Counted from the stretch's first letter, positions 9,730 through 20,399 are shown. The stretch: DNA of 64,000 nt from Vicinamibacteria bacterium (GCA_964291235.2 OZ219816.1:1280001-1344000); one strand, 5' to 3'. Translations and numbers: made by a program. Notes: generated by a model not told the origin, from the sequence alone.

Positions 9730-11649
9730 ATGAAATCCCGAGTCCCCTATTCACCCCGTAACACGGTTCGCATTCCGGCGTTGGCCGGTGGAGTGGTCGC
9801 ACTGCTGGCTGCGTGTGCACCCGAAGCGCCGCAGATCCCGAGTTACGACGCGCGGGCGTTCTATGACACGGAACAGGTCTTCGGAGCGTCCTTCTCGCCG
9901 GACGAGTCGCGCGTCCTGATGACCTCGGACCGGACGGGCGTCATGAACGTCTACGCGCAGCCGATTGCCGGAGGCGAACCCGAGGCGCTGACCAGCTCGG
10001 AGACGGACGCCAACATGGGAATGGCGTTCTTCCCGGATGACGACCGGGTCCTGTTCACCGCGGACCAGGGCGGCAACGAACTGAACCACCTCTACGTACT
10101 GGCCCCCGGCGGAACCCCCGAAGACATCACGCCGGGCGAAAACCTCAAGGCGGGCCTGGTCCGATTCACCACCGAGGGGGACCGATTCTTCGTCACCACA
10201 AACGAACGGGACCCGCAGGCCTTCGACGTCTACGAATATCGCGTCGACGACCTGAGCCGGCGCTTGGTGTTCGAGAACCCCGGCGGTTTCCAGCCGGGCC
10301 CGGTGAGCGGCGACGGCCGTTTCCTGGCGGTCTCCAAGGCGAAGAACAACGCGGACAGCGACGTCTATCTGGTCGACCTCGAGAACCCTGAGCAAGAGCC
10401 CCTCCACATCACCCCGCACGAAGGCGACGCATCGCACGGTCCGGTGACCTTCAACCCGGAGGTCAGCGAACTGCTCTACCGGACCGACGCCCACGGGGAG
10501 TTCGCCGAGGTCTGGGCATACGACCTGGCGAGCGGCGCACACCGGCGGGTGCTGGCGGCCGACTGGGATGTCTTCACCGTCTACTTCTCGAAGCGCGGGA
10601 CCTACCGGGTGAGCGCGGTGAACGTGGATGCCTCCACCGAGGTCGCCGTGCTGGACACCCGGAGCGGCGAGACCGTGGAGTTCCCGGAAGTTCCCGGCGG
10701 GGATGTGACCGGCGTGGCTTTCTCGCCCAGCGAGACGAAGATGGCCTTCTACGTGAACAGCGACACTTCGCCCTCGAATCTCTACGTCTGGGATCTGGAG
10801 ACCGGAGAGCACCGGCGGCTCACGAACACCCTGAACCCGGTGATCGTCGAAGAGAACCTGGTGGACGGCGAGGTCGTTCGCTACCCGAGTTTCGACGGGC
10901 TCGATATCCCGTCGGTTCTGTACCGCCCGCATCAGGCCACGCCGAACTCTCCGGTTCCGGCGCTCGTCTGGGTTCACGGCGGCCCGGGCGGCCAGAGCCG
11001 CAAGGGCTACCGGGCGCAGATCCAGCATCTCGTGAACAACGGCTACGCGGTCCTGGCGGTGAACAACCGCGGTTCCTCGGGGTACGGCAAGACGTTCTTC
11101 CACATGGACGACAAACGGCACGGGGACGTGGACCTGAAGGACTGCGTGGAGGCCCGGACCTATCTCGAATCGCTTGATTGGGTGGACAAGGAACGGGTCG
11201 GGATCATCGGCGGGAGTTACGGCGGCTACATGGTGGGAGCCGCGCTCGCCTTCGAGCCCGAGGTCTTCGACGTCGGCGTGAACATCTTCGGGGTGATGAA
11301 CTGGGTGCGGACACTCTCCAGTATCCCGCCCTGGTGGGGCGCGGCGCGGGATTCGCTCTACGCGGAGCTCGGGGATCCGGAGACCGAGCTGGAACGCCTG
11401 ACCGCCATTTCCCCGCTCTTCCACGCCGAGAACATCGTGCGGCCGCTCTTCGTGGTGCAAGGCGCCAACGACCCGCGGGTGCTCCAGATCGAGAGCGACG
11501 AGATCGTCGAAGCGGTGCGGGCGAATGGAGTGCCGGTCGAGTACGTGATCTTCCCGGACGAGGGACACGGTTTTCGGAATCGGGACAATCGCATCGAGAG
11601 CGCCGACCGCATCCTCGGATTTTTGGACACCTACCTGCGGGGAGACTGA
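9730..11649 (+). CDS. S9 family (prolyl oligopeptidase/acylaminoacyl-type) peptidase, lipoprotein
   Basis: Lipobox LLAAC, HGGP, nucleophile GGSYGG, D-PRV, EGHGF. Confidence 0.92.
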   Translation: MKSRVPYSPRNTVRIPALAGGVVALLAACAPEAPQIPSYDARAFYDTEQVFGASFSPDESRVLMTSDRTGVMNVYAQPIAGGEPEALTSSETDANMGMAFFPDDDRVLFTADQGGNELNHLYVLAPGGTPEDITPGENLKAGLVRFTTEGDRFFVTTNERDPQAFDVYEYRVDDLSRRLVFENPGGFQPGPVSGDGRFLAVSKAKNNADSDVYLVDLENPEQEPLHITPHEGDASHGPVTFNPEVSELLYRTDAHGEFAEVWAYDLASGAHRRVLAADWDVFTVYFSKRGTYRVSAVNVDASTEVAVLDTRSGETVEFPEVPGGDVTGVAFSPSETKMAFYVNSDTSPSNLYVWDLETGEHRRLTNTLNPVIVEENLVDGEVVRYPSFDGLDIPSVLYRPHQATPNSPVPALVWVHGGPGGQSRKGYRAQIQHLVNNGYAVLAVNNRGSSGYGKTFFHMDDKRHGDVDLKDCVEARTYLESLDWVDKERVGIIGGSYGGYMVGAALAFEPEVFDVGVNIFGVMNWVRTLSSIPPWWGAARDSLYAELGDPETELERLTAISPLFHAENIVRPLFVVQGANDPRVLQIESDEIVEAVRANGVPVEYVIFPDEGHGFRNRDNRIESADRILGFLDTYLRGD

Positions 11650-11652
11650 AGC

Positions 11653-13113
11653 ATGAAGCGTTGGATTGCTCTTTTGCTGGCCGCCGGAATCAGCGGTGCG
11701 TTGGGACACGCCGCGGCCGGGCACGCCACGGCCTCCGAATGGGACCGCTTCCGGGGACCGAACGGCACCGGAATCGGCCCGGACGGCGACCTCCCGGTGG
11801 TGTTCGGACCCGAGCACGGCCCCATATTCCGGGTGCCGCTCCCACCGGGGCATTCTTCCCCGATCCTCGCGGGCGGACGCGTCCACCTGACGGCCTACTC
11901 CGATACCGAGTTCTTCACCATCGCGCTCGATGCGGAGACGGGCGACGAGATATGGCGGGCCGCAACCCGTCGCGAGCGCGTCACCGAGGTGGACTCCAGG
12001 AACAACGCGGCGTCGCCGAGCGTCGCGGCCACCGATGACGGGGTGTACGCCTTCTTTCCGGATCTCGGCCTGATCGGCTACGACGGCGAGGGCAGGGAGG
12101 CGTGGCGGCAGCCGCTCGGACCGTTCGACAACTTCTACGGGATGGGCGCCTCGCCGATCCTCGCCGGGGACGCCGTCGTCCTGGTCCTCGATCAGAATCT
12201 GGACTCCGAGATCATCGCGTTCAACCGGAGCGACGGGGAGGTCCGCTGGCGGACGTCACGCCCGGAAGCCACCAGCGGCCATTCCACCCCGGTTCTTCGC
12301 GAGACCGCGCGGGGGACCGAGATCCTGGCGCCGGGAAGCTTCCTGCTCACCGCGTACGGCGTCGATGACGGGAAAGCCCGCTGGTGGGTGCGGGGACTGC
12401 CCTGGGAAATGAAGTCCACGCCCCTGCTGGAGGGAGATCTGGTCTATGTGAACGGCTACGGGGCGCCGCTGAACCAACCGGGAAACCAGATCACGCCGCC
12501 GAGCTTCGCCGAGACCCTCGAAGCCTCCGATCAAAACGGCGACGGGCTGATCGCGCGCGACGAAGCGGAGGGACACTCGGACTTCTGGTTCGGAGTCATC
12601 GATCTCAGCAGCAACGGCCTGCTCGAACCCAGTGAGTGGGCCTACTACGAAGCGGTGCTCTCGTCGCAGAACGGAATTCTCGCCATCCGCCCCGGAGCCC
12701 CCGGAGAGAACGGGGACCTCACGGAAGCAAACACGGTGTGGAGTTACCGGCGGAGTGTCCCGCAGCTTCCCTCACCGCTCCTCTACGGCGGCGTGCTCTA
12801 CATGGTCAACGACGGGGGCATCGTCACCGCCCTGAACCCGCGGACCGGCGCGATGCTCTCCCAGGGGCGGCTGGCGGGCGCGGTGGATGCCTACTACGCC
12901 TCCCCGGTGGCCGCGGACGGCAAGATCTACTTCGTGAGCGAACTGGGCCTCGCAGCCGTGGTGCGCCCCCTCGACCCCGGCGAGACGTCGCCGGAGCTCA
13001 ACGTGGTGCAGGTCAATCCGCTCGGCGAATCGGTGTACGCCACCCCCGCGATCGCCCCCTCGCGCCTCTACATCCGGACCGTCGAGGCGCTCTACGCCTT
13101 CGGCCCGGAGTAG
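11653..13113 (+). CDS. PQQ-like beta-propeller protein with inserted EF-hand-like loops
   Basis: WDRFRGPNG and GHSSP, with DQNGDGLIARDE and DLSSNGLLEPSE loops. Confidence 0.85.
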   Translation: MKRWIALLLAAGISGALGHAAAGHATASEWDRFRGPNGTGIGPDGDLPVVFGPEHGPIFRVPLPPGHSSPILAGGRVHLTAYSDTEFFTIALDAETGDEIWRAATRRERVTEVDSRNNAASPSVAATDDGVYAFFPDLGLIGYDGEGREAWRQPLGPFDNFYGMGASPILAGDAVVLVLDQNLDSEIIAFNRSDGEVRWRTSRPEATSGHSTPVLRETARGTEILAPGSFLLTAYGVDDGKARWWVRGLPWEMKSTPLLEGDLVYVNGYGAPLNQPGNQITPPSFAETLEASDQNGDGLIARDEAEGHSDFWFGVIDLSSNGLLEPSEWAYYEAVLSSQNGILAIRPGAPGENGDLTEANTVWSYRRSVPQLPSPLLYGGVLYMVNDGGIVTALNPRTGAMLSQGRLAGAVDAYYASPVAADGKIYFVSELGLAAVVRPLDPGETSPELNVVQVNPLGESVYATPAIAPSRLYIRTVEALYAFGPE

Positions 13114-13118
13114 GTTCG

Positions 13119-13513
13119 GAGCCATGGTCATTCCGGCGGGAGCCATGGTCAAACTCGTCGGAGCCATGGTCAATCCGGCCGGAGGCATGGTCAAAGCCCG
13201 AATTGCGCCAAGAAGCCATGGTCAATCGCGAAATTCCGGCCTTTTCGGCTCGAATTCGGCCATTTCTTCGGGTTTTCCGGAAATCGGTCCACACCGGTAA
13301 AACCCTGCGGTAACCGGCCGGAATCCGGCTATTTCCGTCGTTTCCACCGGACTCCGCGTCCGAATCCGGCTTTCGAAGAATCGGAATCCGGCCGCGCCGA
13401 ATCCCGCTCGGAAGACCCGCTGGGGAGTCGTGAGCCATGGTCAAAACTCCCGTCCTGCAGGCGGGAGCCATGGTCAAACGGAGCCATGGTCATTCCGGCC
13501 CGAGCCATGGTCA
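13119..13513. repeat. Intergenic repeat: nine copies of (G/A)AG(C/G)CATGGTCA in two clusters
   Basis: Copies at 13119, 13140, 13161, 13182, 13213, 13432, 13465, 13481 and 13502, between convergent genes. Confidence 0.85.
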
Positions 13514-13563
13514 AAGCGAGCGCCGCGCCGCCGGCCGGTACTTCCCGACCCGGCCGCCGGTGC

Positions 13564-14292
13564 CTACCGGGTCGCCGTGTAGGCGATGACCGGAGGGTTC
13601 TCCAGGAATTCGTCCCAGAAGCGGTTGCCGCGTTCGGCCGGATCGAGCGCGACGCCGAGCCAGCGGAAATCCCCGAACCCCGCCCGCTCGAACGCCCGGA
13701 CGTACGTCTCCGGGCTCAGGAAGTAGTTGTGGAATTCGAACTGCGTGCCGTCGGGGTTCGTGAACCGGTAGTGGATCGGCGCGCCGGCGTACGGATCGGC
13801 CGGCCCGGTCCTCACGATCCCGTACCTGGAGAGCGAGACGGTTCCCCGCGGCAGGTTCAGCACGTTGTCGTTGAACCCGACGAGGCGCCCTCCGGGCCGG
13901 AGCGCCCGGTGAGCGACGCCCAGGAAGCGGAGCAGCTTCTCCTCGGCGCCGGCATAGTGGAGGAGATACATAGCGAGCACCAGGTCCACCGGTTCGCCGG
14001 GTTCGTAGTCCGCGGCGTCGCAGCAGACATAGCGGCAGCCCAGCGGGTCTTCCCGTTCCTGCGCCGTCGCCAGGCGGATCATTTCGGAAGAGATGTCCAC
14101 TCCGGTCACCTCGGCGGCCCCCGACCTCCTGAGGAGACGGGAATAAAACCCCTCGCCGCAGGCAAGGTCCAGCACCGACTTGCCGCGGACATCCCCGAGC
14201 ATCTCGAACAACGTGTAGCGCTCGATGTGCTTGCGGAAAGGAAGCTGTTTCGAGTCCTGATAGGCGCCTGCGATCGCGTCGTACTGAGCCAT
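13564..14292 (-). CDS. Class I SAM-dependent methyltransferase
   Basis: Start MAQYDAIA at 14292. VLDLACGEG and GVDISSEM motifs. Confidence 0.88.
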   Translation of the reverse strand: MAQYDAIAGAYQDSKQLPFRKHIERYTLFEMLGDVRGKSVLDLACGEGFYSRLLRRSGAAEVTGVDISSEMIRLATAQEREDPLGCRYVCCDAADYEPGEPVDLVLAMYLLHYAGAEEKLLRFLGVAHRALRPGGRLVGFNDNVLNLPRGTVSLSRYGIVRTGPADPYAGAPIHYRFTNPDGTQFEFHNYFLSPETYVRAFERAGFGDFRWLGVALDPAERGNRFWDEFLENPPVIAYTATR

Positions 14293-14379
14293 GGCAACCC
14301 GAGAATAACCACGCAGGGGATAATGGGACGCGCATCGCGGGTTCACCTGCAACCCGCTCCTGAACGCGGAGGATTCGAT

Positions 14380-16575
14380 GTGAAGTCCCTTCCTTTCCTT
14401 GCTGCCACGCTCGCGCTCCTCGTCGCATCGTCCGCCGGGGCGCAGGAGGATCCCGGAGAGGCGCTCCGCGCCGCCGCCCGCGAGGGGGACACCGAACGGA
14501 TCGGGGAACTGCTGGCCGCCGGCGCGGCGGTGGACGCTCCGAACCGCTACGGCGCGACGGCGCTCTTTTTCGCCGCCGACCGGGGGCACCTCGAGGTGGT
14601 CCGGCGCCTCGTCGAAGCCGGCGCCGCGCTCGATGTCTCCGACCGCTTCTACCAGATGACCGCTCTCAGCCGGGCCGCCGGGTCGGGACACCGCGAGGTG
14701 GTGCTGTTGTTGCTGGCGCGGGGCGCCGCCGGAGCGGGTCCGGTGCTGATTCAGGCGGCGCGCGTCGATGACCGGGAGTTGATGCGCGCGGTCCTCGATA
14801 ACGGGAACTTCGACGCAGACGCCCTGTCCGCCGCCCGGGAGGCAGCCGCATCCGAGGAGATCACGGAGCTACTGCGGGGACGGACCGCCCGGGCGGCCGC
14901 CGTACCGGAACTCACCGAGGAAGCCCGGCGGCAGCTCGCCGGACGCTACTGGCACGAGACCGCGGAACGCGGCGTCCTGGTGGTTTCGGAAGAAGGGAAC
15001 CTCCTTGCTCGCCACTTCGACCGGGATCCGGCGTCCGGGGAGGACCGGTTCGCGGATTCGGCGGTCACGCTCGTTCCGCGCGGCGGCCCGCGCTCCTTCG
15101 TAGCGCGGGGCGCGGAGGAGACGCGCTACGGATTCCCGGGACGGGGCGGAATGGTGGAGCGCCTGATCGTGGAACAGGGCGGCGAGACCGTCGCCTACCC
15201 GCCGGAGGGCGAGACGGAGGGCCGCGCCGCGGCTCGGGAGGCGGCGGAAGCCCCCGTGGAAACCGACCTCGCCGCCGGTGACCTGACGCCGATCCGGGCG
15301 CGGCCCTGGCCTCAGTTCCGGGGTCCGGGCGGCTCGGGAATCGCCGACGGGCAGGGCGTCCCGCTTCGCTGGAGCGTGGCGGAGGGTGACGGCATCGCCT
15401 GGGAAGTCCCGCTGCCCGGCCTCGGCGTGTCGAGCCCCATCGTGTGGGAAGACCGGGTGTACGTGGTCACCGCGGCCAGCCTCACCGAGGATTCCGAGTT
15501 CCGGATCGGGCTCTACGGGGACGTGGCCCCGGTCCAGAACGACAGCGAACACCGGTGGGACCTGCGAGCTTTCGATCTCACCACCGCGGAGCCGGTGTGG
15601 ACCCGGGAGCTCCGCCGCGGCGTGCCGAAGACCCGCCGCCACACGAAGTCCAGCCAGGCCAACGCAACCCCGGTGACCGACGGGGAACGGATCGTCACCC
15701 TGGTCGGGAGCATGGGAGTGCTGATGTGTCATGACCTCGACGGCAACCTGCTCTGGGAGCGGGAGGTGGGCGTCCTCAACAGCGGCTGGTTCTATGACCC
15801 CGACTACCAGTGGGGGCACGCGTCGTCTCCGGTGATCCACGACGGCGCGGTCATCGTGCTCGCCGACGTCCACGGGGATGCGTTCCTGGGGGCTTTCGAC
15901 CTCGAAGACGGGGAGCCCCGCTGGCGAACCACCCGGGACGAGGTCTCCACGTTCTCGACGCCGCTGGTTCACGAGGTGGACGGGGCAACCGAGGTCGTGG
16001 TGAACGGCACCGTGATCCGCGGGTACGACGCATCGACGGGCGCCGAGCGCTGGCGGCTCGGTCCCAACTCGGAGATCCCGATCGGCGTGCCCCTGCTGGG
16101 GGACGGTCTGCTCTTCGTCCAGGCCGGCTATCCACCGATCCGGCCCATCTACGCGATCCGGCCGGGTAGTGAGGGCGATCTGAGCCTTCCGGCCGGCGAG
16201 GATTCGAGCGAAGCCATCGCCTGGAGCAAGAACCGGGGCGGGGTGTACATCCCGTCGCCGCTCTTTTACCGGGGAGTCCTCTACCTGAACGCGAACAACG
16301 GCCGTCTCTCCGCCTACGACGGAGAAACCGGCGAGCGTCTCTACCGCGCCCGGATCGGCGGCGTGGGCGGCTCCTACGCGGCGTCCCCGATCGCCGCCGA
16401 TGGCCGCCTCTACTTCACCACCGAAGAAGGCGAAACCTTCGTGGTCCGCGCGGGCCGGGAATACGAACTCCTCGCCAGGAACAGCGTGGACCGGATCGTG
16501 ATGGCGTCCCCGGCGGCGAGCGGCGGCGTGCTCGTGATGCGCGCGATCGATCGCCTGTTCGGCATCACGCGCTAA
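14380..16575 (+). CDS. Ankyrin-repeat plus PQQ-like beta-propeller fusion protein
   Basis: GTG start (VKSLPF) and signal peptide. Ankyrin repeats (GATALFFAADRGHLEVVRRLVEAGA), then WPQFRGP and propeller repeats. Confidence 0.85.
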   Translation: MKSLPFLAATLALLVASSAGAQEDPGEALRAAAREGDTERIGELLAAGAAVDAPNRYGATALFFAADRGHLEVVRRLVEAGAALDVSDRFYQMTALSRAAGSGHREVVLLLLARGAAGAGPVLIQAARVDDRELMRAVLDNGNFDADALSAAREAAASEEITELLRGRTARAAAVPELTEEARRQLAGRYWHETAERGVLVVSEEGNLLARHFDRDPASGEDRFADSAVTLVPRGGPRSFVARGAEETRYGFPGRGGMVERLIVEQGGETVAYPPEGETEGRAAAREAAEAPVETDLAAGDLTPIRARPWPQFRGPGGSGIADGQGVPLRWSVAEGDGIAWEVPLPGLGVSSPIVWEDRVYVVTAASLTEDSEFRIGLYGDVAPVQNDSEHRWDLRAFDLTTAEPVWTRELRRGVPKTRRHTKSSQANATPVTDGERIVTLVGSMGVLMCHDLDGNLLWEREVGVLNSGWFYDPDYQWGHASSPVIHDGAVIVLADVHGDAFLGAFDLEDGEPRWRTTRDEVSTFSTPLVHEVDGATEVVVNGTVIRGYDASTGAERWRLGPNSEIPIGVPLLGDGLLFVQAGYPPIRPIYAIRPGSEGDLSLPAGEDSSEAIAWSKNRGGVYIPSPLFYRGVLYLNANNGRLSAYDGETGERLYRARIGGVGGSYAASPIAADGRLYFTTEEGETFVVRAGREYELLARNSVDRIVMASPAASGGVLVMRAIDRLFGITR

Positions 16576-16591
16576 TCCCCACGCTTCTACA

Positions 16592-17974
16592 ATGAACGCC
16601 ACTACCGGAGGTTCCGCCGTGTCCCTGACTACTCTTCGTCTCATTCTGGTCCTGGTGATCGCCGGTCTGCTCCCGGCGGGCGCCTTTGCCGAAGACTGGC
16701 CCCACTGGCGGGGGCCGACCCACGACGGGGTCAGCGGCGAGACCGGACTCCCGGTCCAGTGGGACACCGAGAACGGGATCGTGTGGAAGACCCCGATGCC
16801 CGCCTGGAGCGGGGCGACCCCCATCATCTCGGGGGACACGATCTTCCTGAACGTTTCGATTCCCGCCGACGCCGCGGGAGTGCCGGCAAATCCGTCGGAG
16901 AGCAACCGGCGCCGGCGGGGTGCGGTGTCCGGCCGGGGCAACGTCGCCTACTCGGGTCACATCGAACTCTGGGCGCTCGATCGGAGCGACGGATCGGTGC
17001 GCTGGACGCGTCACCTGAGCGACCGGGATACCCGCGGACGGAAGCAGAACATGTCCTCGCCGTCTCCGGTCACCGACGGGAATCACGTCTTTGTTCTGAC
17101 CGGGACCGGGATGCTCACGGCTTTCGACTTCGAGGGGAACGAACTCTGGTCGCGCAGCATTCAGGCGGACTACGGCGATTTCGGACTGAACTGGGGTTAC
17201 GCGAGCAGCCCGCTCCTGTTCGGGGACGGGATCTACGTCCAGGTGCTGCACGGCATGAAGACGGACGATCCTTCCTACATCCTGCGGATCGACAAGGCCA
17301 GCGGCGAGACGGTCTGGCACGTCGAGCGTCCCACCGAGGCGATTCGCGAGTCCCCCGATTCGTACACCACCCCGTTCATGCACCAGGTGGGCGGACGCGA
17401 TGAACTCGTCATCACCGGCGGCGACGTGGTGACCGGACACGATCCCGAGACCGGCCGCGAGCGGTGGCGTTCTGACGGCCTGAACCCGGAAAACAACGGC
17501 GCCTACCGGATCGTGGCGTCACCGGTCGTGAAGGACGGGATCATCTACGCCCCGACCCGGGTCAAGCCGCTGCTCGCGCTCCGGACCGGCGGGGAAGGGG
17601 ACATCACGGACTCCCACCGCATCTGGTCCTTCGACCGGGGGCCCGACGTCCCGAGCCCGGTGACCGACGGGGAGCGCTTCTACGTGGTGACGGACAACGG
17701 CGTGATGTATGCGCTCGACGCCAAGACCGGCGAGGTTCTCCTGGGGCCGACCCGCCTGGCGTCCGGCACCTACAGCGCTTCTCCGGTGCTGGCCGAGGAC
17801 CGCCTCTACATCATCAACGAGGACGGGGTGGCCAGCGTGGTCGGGCTGGAACAAGACTCTCTCGACATCCTCGCCACCAACGACATGGGCGCCTACACGC
17901 TCAGTTCGATGGCGATGTCGAACGGGCAGATCTTCCTGCGGACCGCGGAGGCCCTCTACTGCATCGGGGGGTAA
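16592..17974 (+). CDS. PQQ-binding-like beta-propeller protein
   Basis: Signal peptide, DWPHWRGPTHDG and propeller repeats. Confidence 0.87.
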   Translation: MNATTGGSAVSLTTLRLILVLVIAGLLPAGAFAEDWPHWRGPTHDGVSGETGLPVQWDTENGIVWKTPMPAWSGATPIISGDTIFLNVSIPADAAGVPANPSESNRRRRGAVSGRGNVAYSGHIELWALDRSDGSVRWTRHLSDRDTRGRKQNMSSPSPVTDGNHVFVLTGTGMLTAFDFEGNELWSRSIQADYGDFGLNWGYASSPLLFGDGIYVQVLHGMKTDDPSYILRIDKASGETVWHVERPTEAIRESPDSYTTPFMHQVGGRDELVITGGDVVTGHDPETGRERWRSDGLNPENNGAYRIVASPVVKDGIIYAPTRVKPLLALRTGGEGDITDSHRIWSFDRGPDVPSPVTDGERFYVVTDNGVMYALDAKTGEVLLGPTRLASGTYSASPVLAEDRLYIINEDGVASVVGLEQDSLDILATNDMGAYTLSSMAMSNGQIFLRTAEALYCIGG

Positions 17975-17980
17975 CCGCCG

Positions 17981-18400
17981 GTGGTGACCGCCCCCGCCGG
18001 TGATCGAGCCCCCAACACCCGGATTCGATCCACTCGGGTTCGACTGGCGCTCGCCGCCGCGCTGCTGCTCGGTTCCTGCAGTGGCGCCGCGGACACTCTG
18101 ACGGCGCCGGCGCTCTCGCCCCGGGCGGCGCGGCTGACCGGCCTCTTGGTCGTCGCCCCGCAGACCTCGATCCGGGTCGGTCAGTCCGTGGGTCCGCTCG
18201 TGGCCCGCGGCACCTACGACGACGGCCCTTCGGCCACGGTCCGCGCGATCTGGACTTCGACCGACCGCGCGGTCCTGACGGTGGACGCCCAGGGCGTGGT
18301 GACCGGGGTCGGCGTCGGGACGGCCCGGGTGGCCGCGACGTTCGGGCCCTGGACCGCGGAGGTCTTTTTTCAGGTGACGCCGGCAAACCCCGGCAACTGA
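17981..18400 (+). CDS. Ig-like (Big_2) domain lipoprotein
   Basis: Lipobox LLGSC. WTSTDRAVLTVDAQGVVTGVGVGTARVAA is a Big_2-like signature. Confidence 0.7.
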   Translation: MVTAPAGDRAPNTRIRSTRVRLALAAALLLGSCSGAADTLTAPALSPRAARLTGLLVVAPQTSIRVGQSVGPLVARGTYDDGPSATVRAIWTSTDRAVLTVDAQGVVTGVGVGTARVAATFGPWTAEVFFQVTPANPGN

Positions 18401-18404
18401 GCGA

Positions 18405-20375
18405 TCAGCCGGATGGCAACCGGGCGCCGGCGGTCGAAGTGCCAGCCATATTGGCCCCTCCGGGGGTTGAGCGTCGTCGGCGGGAGACCAGGAGGAGGGC
18501 GGTGGCCGCGCCCAGGCCCAGCAGATTGGGCAGGGCCAGCAACTGCTCCGGGTCGGGAGGCCACAGCAGCAGCGCGGCAGCCCCCAGCGCGAGCGCCCGA
18601 AGCCCGAAACCCAACGGGCCGAAGAGCCATCCCACGATGCCGGCCGAGAGGAGCAGGACAACCCCGCTCCCGAGCACAAAAGCCACGACGGCGCCCGTCA
18701 CTCCGCGGCCGCCGTCCAGAATGAGGAGCAGTTCGGGCCGGAAGACGAAGAAATAGGGCAGGGCAAATCCCGCCAGCGCGAACCGGAAGGCGCTGAGCGC
18801 GACCGGCAGGATCGGAGTGCCTGCAATTCCGGCGGTCGTGTACGCGGCGAGGGCCACCGGGGGAGTCACCATGGACATCATTCCGAAGTAGAAGATGAAG
18901 AAGTGGATCGAGAGCGGCGGAACCCCGAGCTGGCTGATCACCGGGCCGATCAGGATCGCCATCAGGAGGTAACAGACGGCTGAGGGCAGTCCCATTCCGA
19001 GGACTACGGACCCGACCATGATGAGGAGGAGGGCGGGGAGCAGGCCCTCACCGGCAACCGAGAGCACCGTTGCCGGAAAACGGGTGCCGAGCCCGGTCAG
19101 GGTGACCATCCCGAGGATGATCCCGACGGAGCCGGCGGCCGCCACCAGGGGCGCCGCGCCCTCGGCAATGCGGCCCAGCCCTTGCCAGAGCTTCTTGAGA
19201 TCCGGACGGGTAGCGGGGTGCCAAACGGAGGTTGCTACGACGATTGCGAGGGCGATGCTGACCGCCCGGAACACCGTCCGGCCCGCCACCAGCGCGACGA
19301 TGAGGGCCAGGAGGCCGACGCAGAAGACGATTCCCGCCTGAATCGGGACGGAAGCGCTCTCTTCGCGAGGTGGCGCCTCGCCATGGGCCCGGCCCAGATA
19401 GCGGCGCGCATAGAGATGGACCATGGCGATCAGCGCCGCGTAATAGAGGAGCGCCGGCAGGATGGCGGCCCGCACGACCTCCAGGTAACTGACCGGGGGG
19501 TCCACGAGCTCCAGCATCATGTAGGCGCCGGCGCCCATCACCGGCGGGACCAGCGCCGCACCGGAGCTGGCCGCCGCGGTAATCGCGGCGGCGGCCCGCG
19601 CGCTGAACCCCGTGCTCTCCATCAACGGGATGGTCAGCGTCCCGGTGGTGGCGGCGCCCGCCACCGCGCTCCCGGACAGCGAACCCATCATGGCGTTCGC
19701 GACCACCGACACCTTGGCCGCTCCGCCCACGGTCCCGGAGAACACCCGGCGCGCCGAAGTGGTGATGAAGCGGATCGCGCCCGTCTGCTGCAGCGCCGCG
19801 CCAAAGACGACGAACAGGAACACATAGGCGAACATCACCTTCATCGCGATCCCGAAAACACCCTGGCTCTGGAGGAAGCCCTGGGATGCGATGCGGGCGA
19901 GGGAATAGCCGCGATGGGGGAAAAGAAACTCCGGGAGATAGGGGCCGAGGACCGCGTGGAGCAGAAAAAGGCCGGTGAGAATGGGCAGGGCCGGACCGAT
20001 CACCCGCCAGGTGGCGGCGAGCACGCCGGCGAGGCCCAGGAGGCCTACCGCGATGTCGAGCGAACTCTCGCCGCCGGCACGATCTCCGAGCATCGTGGCG
20101 GCGAAGCCGCTCCAGTAGAGGACGTAGGCGCAGCCGGCAACCGCCGCCGCCAAGCTCAAGAGATCAACCCCGCGTCGCCACCAAGGATCGCCCGGTTTCA
20201 TCCGCAGGAGAAAGCAAAGCGGAAGCCCGAAGAGCGCGAACGCCGCCAACTGCGCTTGCGGGGTCAGCGCCGGCCGATTCACTTCGACCAGCACGAAGAC
20301 CGTCAGCAGCAGCGTGAGGATCCCGATGGCGACGCTGCGAACGCTCGCCGACGCCCGCGGGGCCGATTCAGTCAC
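18405..20375 (-). CDS. TRAP transporter fused 4TM/12TM permease
   Basis: Many TM helices, GSLSGSAVA, PPVMGAGAYMM, LGMGLP and TPPVALAAY. Confidence 0.92.
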   Translation of the reverse strand: MTESAPRASASVRSVAIGILTLLLTVFVLVEVNRPALTPQAQLAAFALFGLPLCFLLRMKPGDPWWRRGVDLLSLAAAVAGCAYVLYWSGFAATMLGDRAGGESSLDIAVGLLGLAGVLAATWRVIGPALPILTGLFLLHAVLGPYLPEFLFPHRGYSLARIASQGFLQSQGVFGIAMKVMFAYVFLFVVFGAALQQTGAIRFITTSARRVFSGTVGGAAKVSVVANAMMGSLSGSAVAGAATTGTLTIPLMESTGFSARAAAAITAAASSGAALVPPVMGAGAYMMLELVDPPVSYLEVVRAAILPALLYYAALIAMVHLYARRYLGRAHGEAPPREESASVPIQAGIVFCVGLLALIVALVAGRTVFRAVSIALAIVVATSVWHPATRPDLKKLWQGLGRIAEGAAPLVAAAGSVGIILGMVTLTGLGTRFPATVLSVAGEGLLPALLLIMVGSVVLGMGLPSAVCYLLMAILIGPVISQLGVPPLSIHFFIFYFGMMSMVTPPVALAAYTTAGIAGTPILPVALSAFRFALAGFALPYFFVFRPELLLILDGGRGVTGAVVAFVLGSGVVLLLSAGIVGWLFGPLGFGLRALALGAAALLLWPPDPEQLLALPNLLGLGAATALLLVSRRRRSTPGGANMAGTSTAGARLPSG

Positions 20376-20399
20376 CGCGGGCGGCCGTCCGGAGTCTGA

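Noticed and set aside
13119-13513. CRISPR array
   Set aside because: The repeats are only 12 bp with mostly 4-21 bp linkers, and there are no cas genes.
13486-14379. N-terminal extension of the 1029-aa ankyrin/PQQ ORF
   Set aside because: It is antisense to the methyltransferase gene. The signal peptide starts at 14380.
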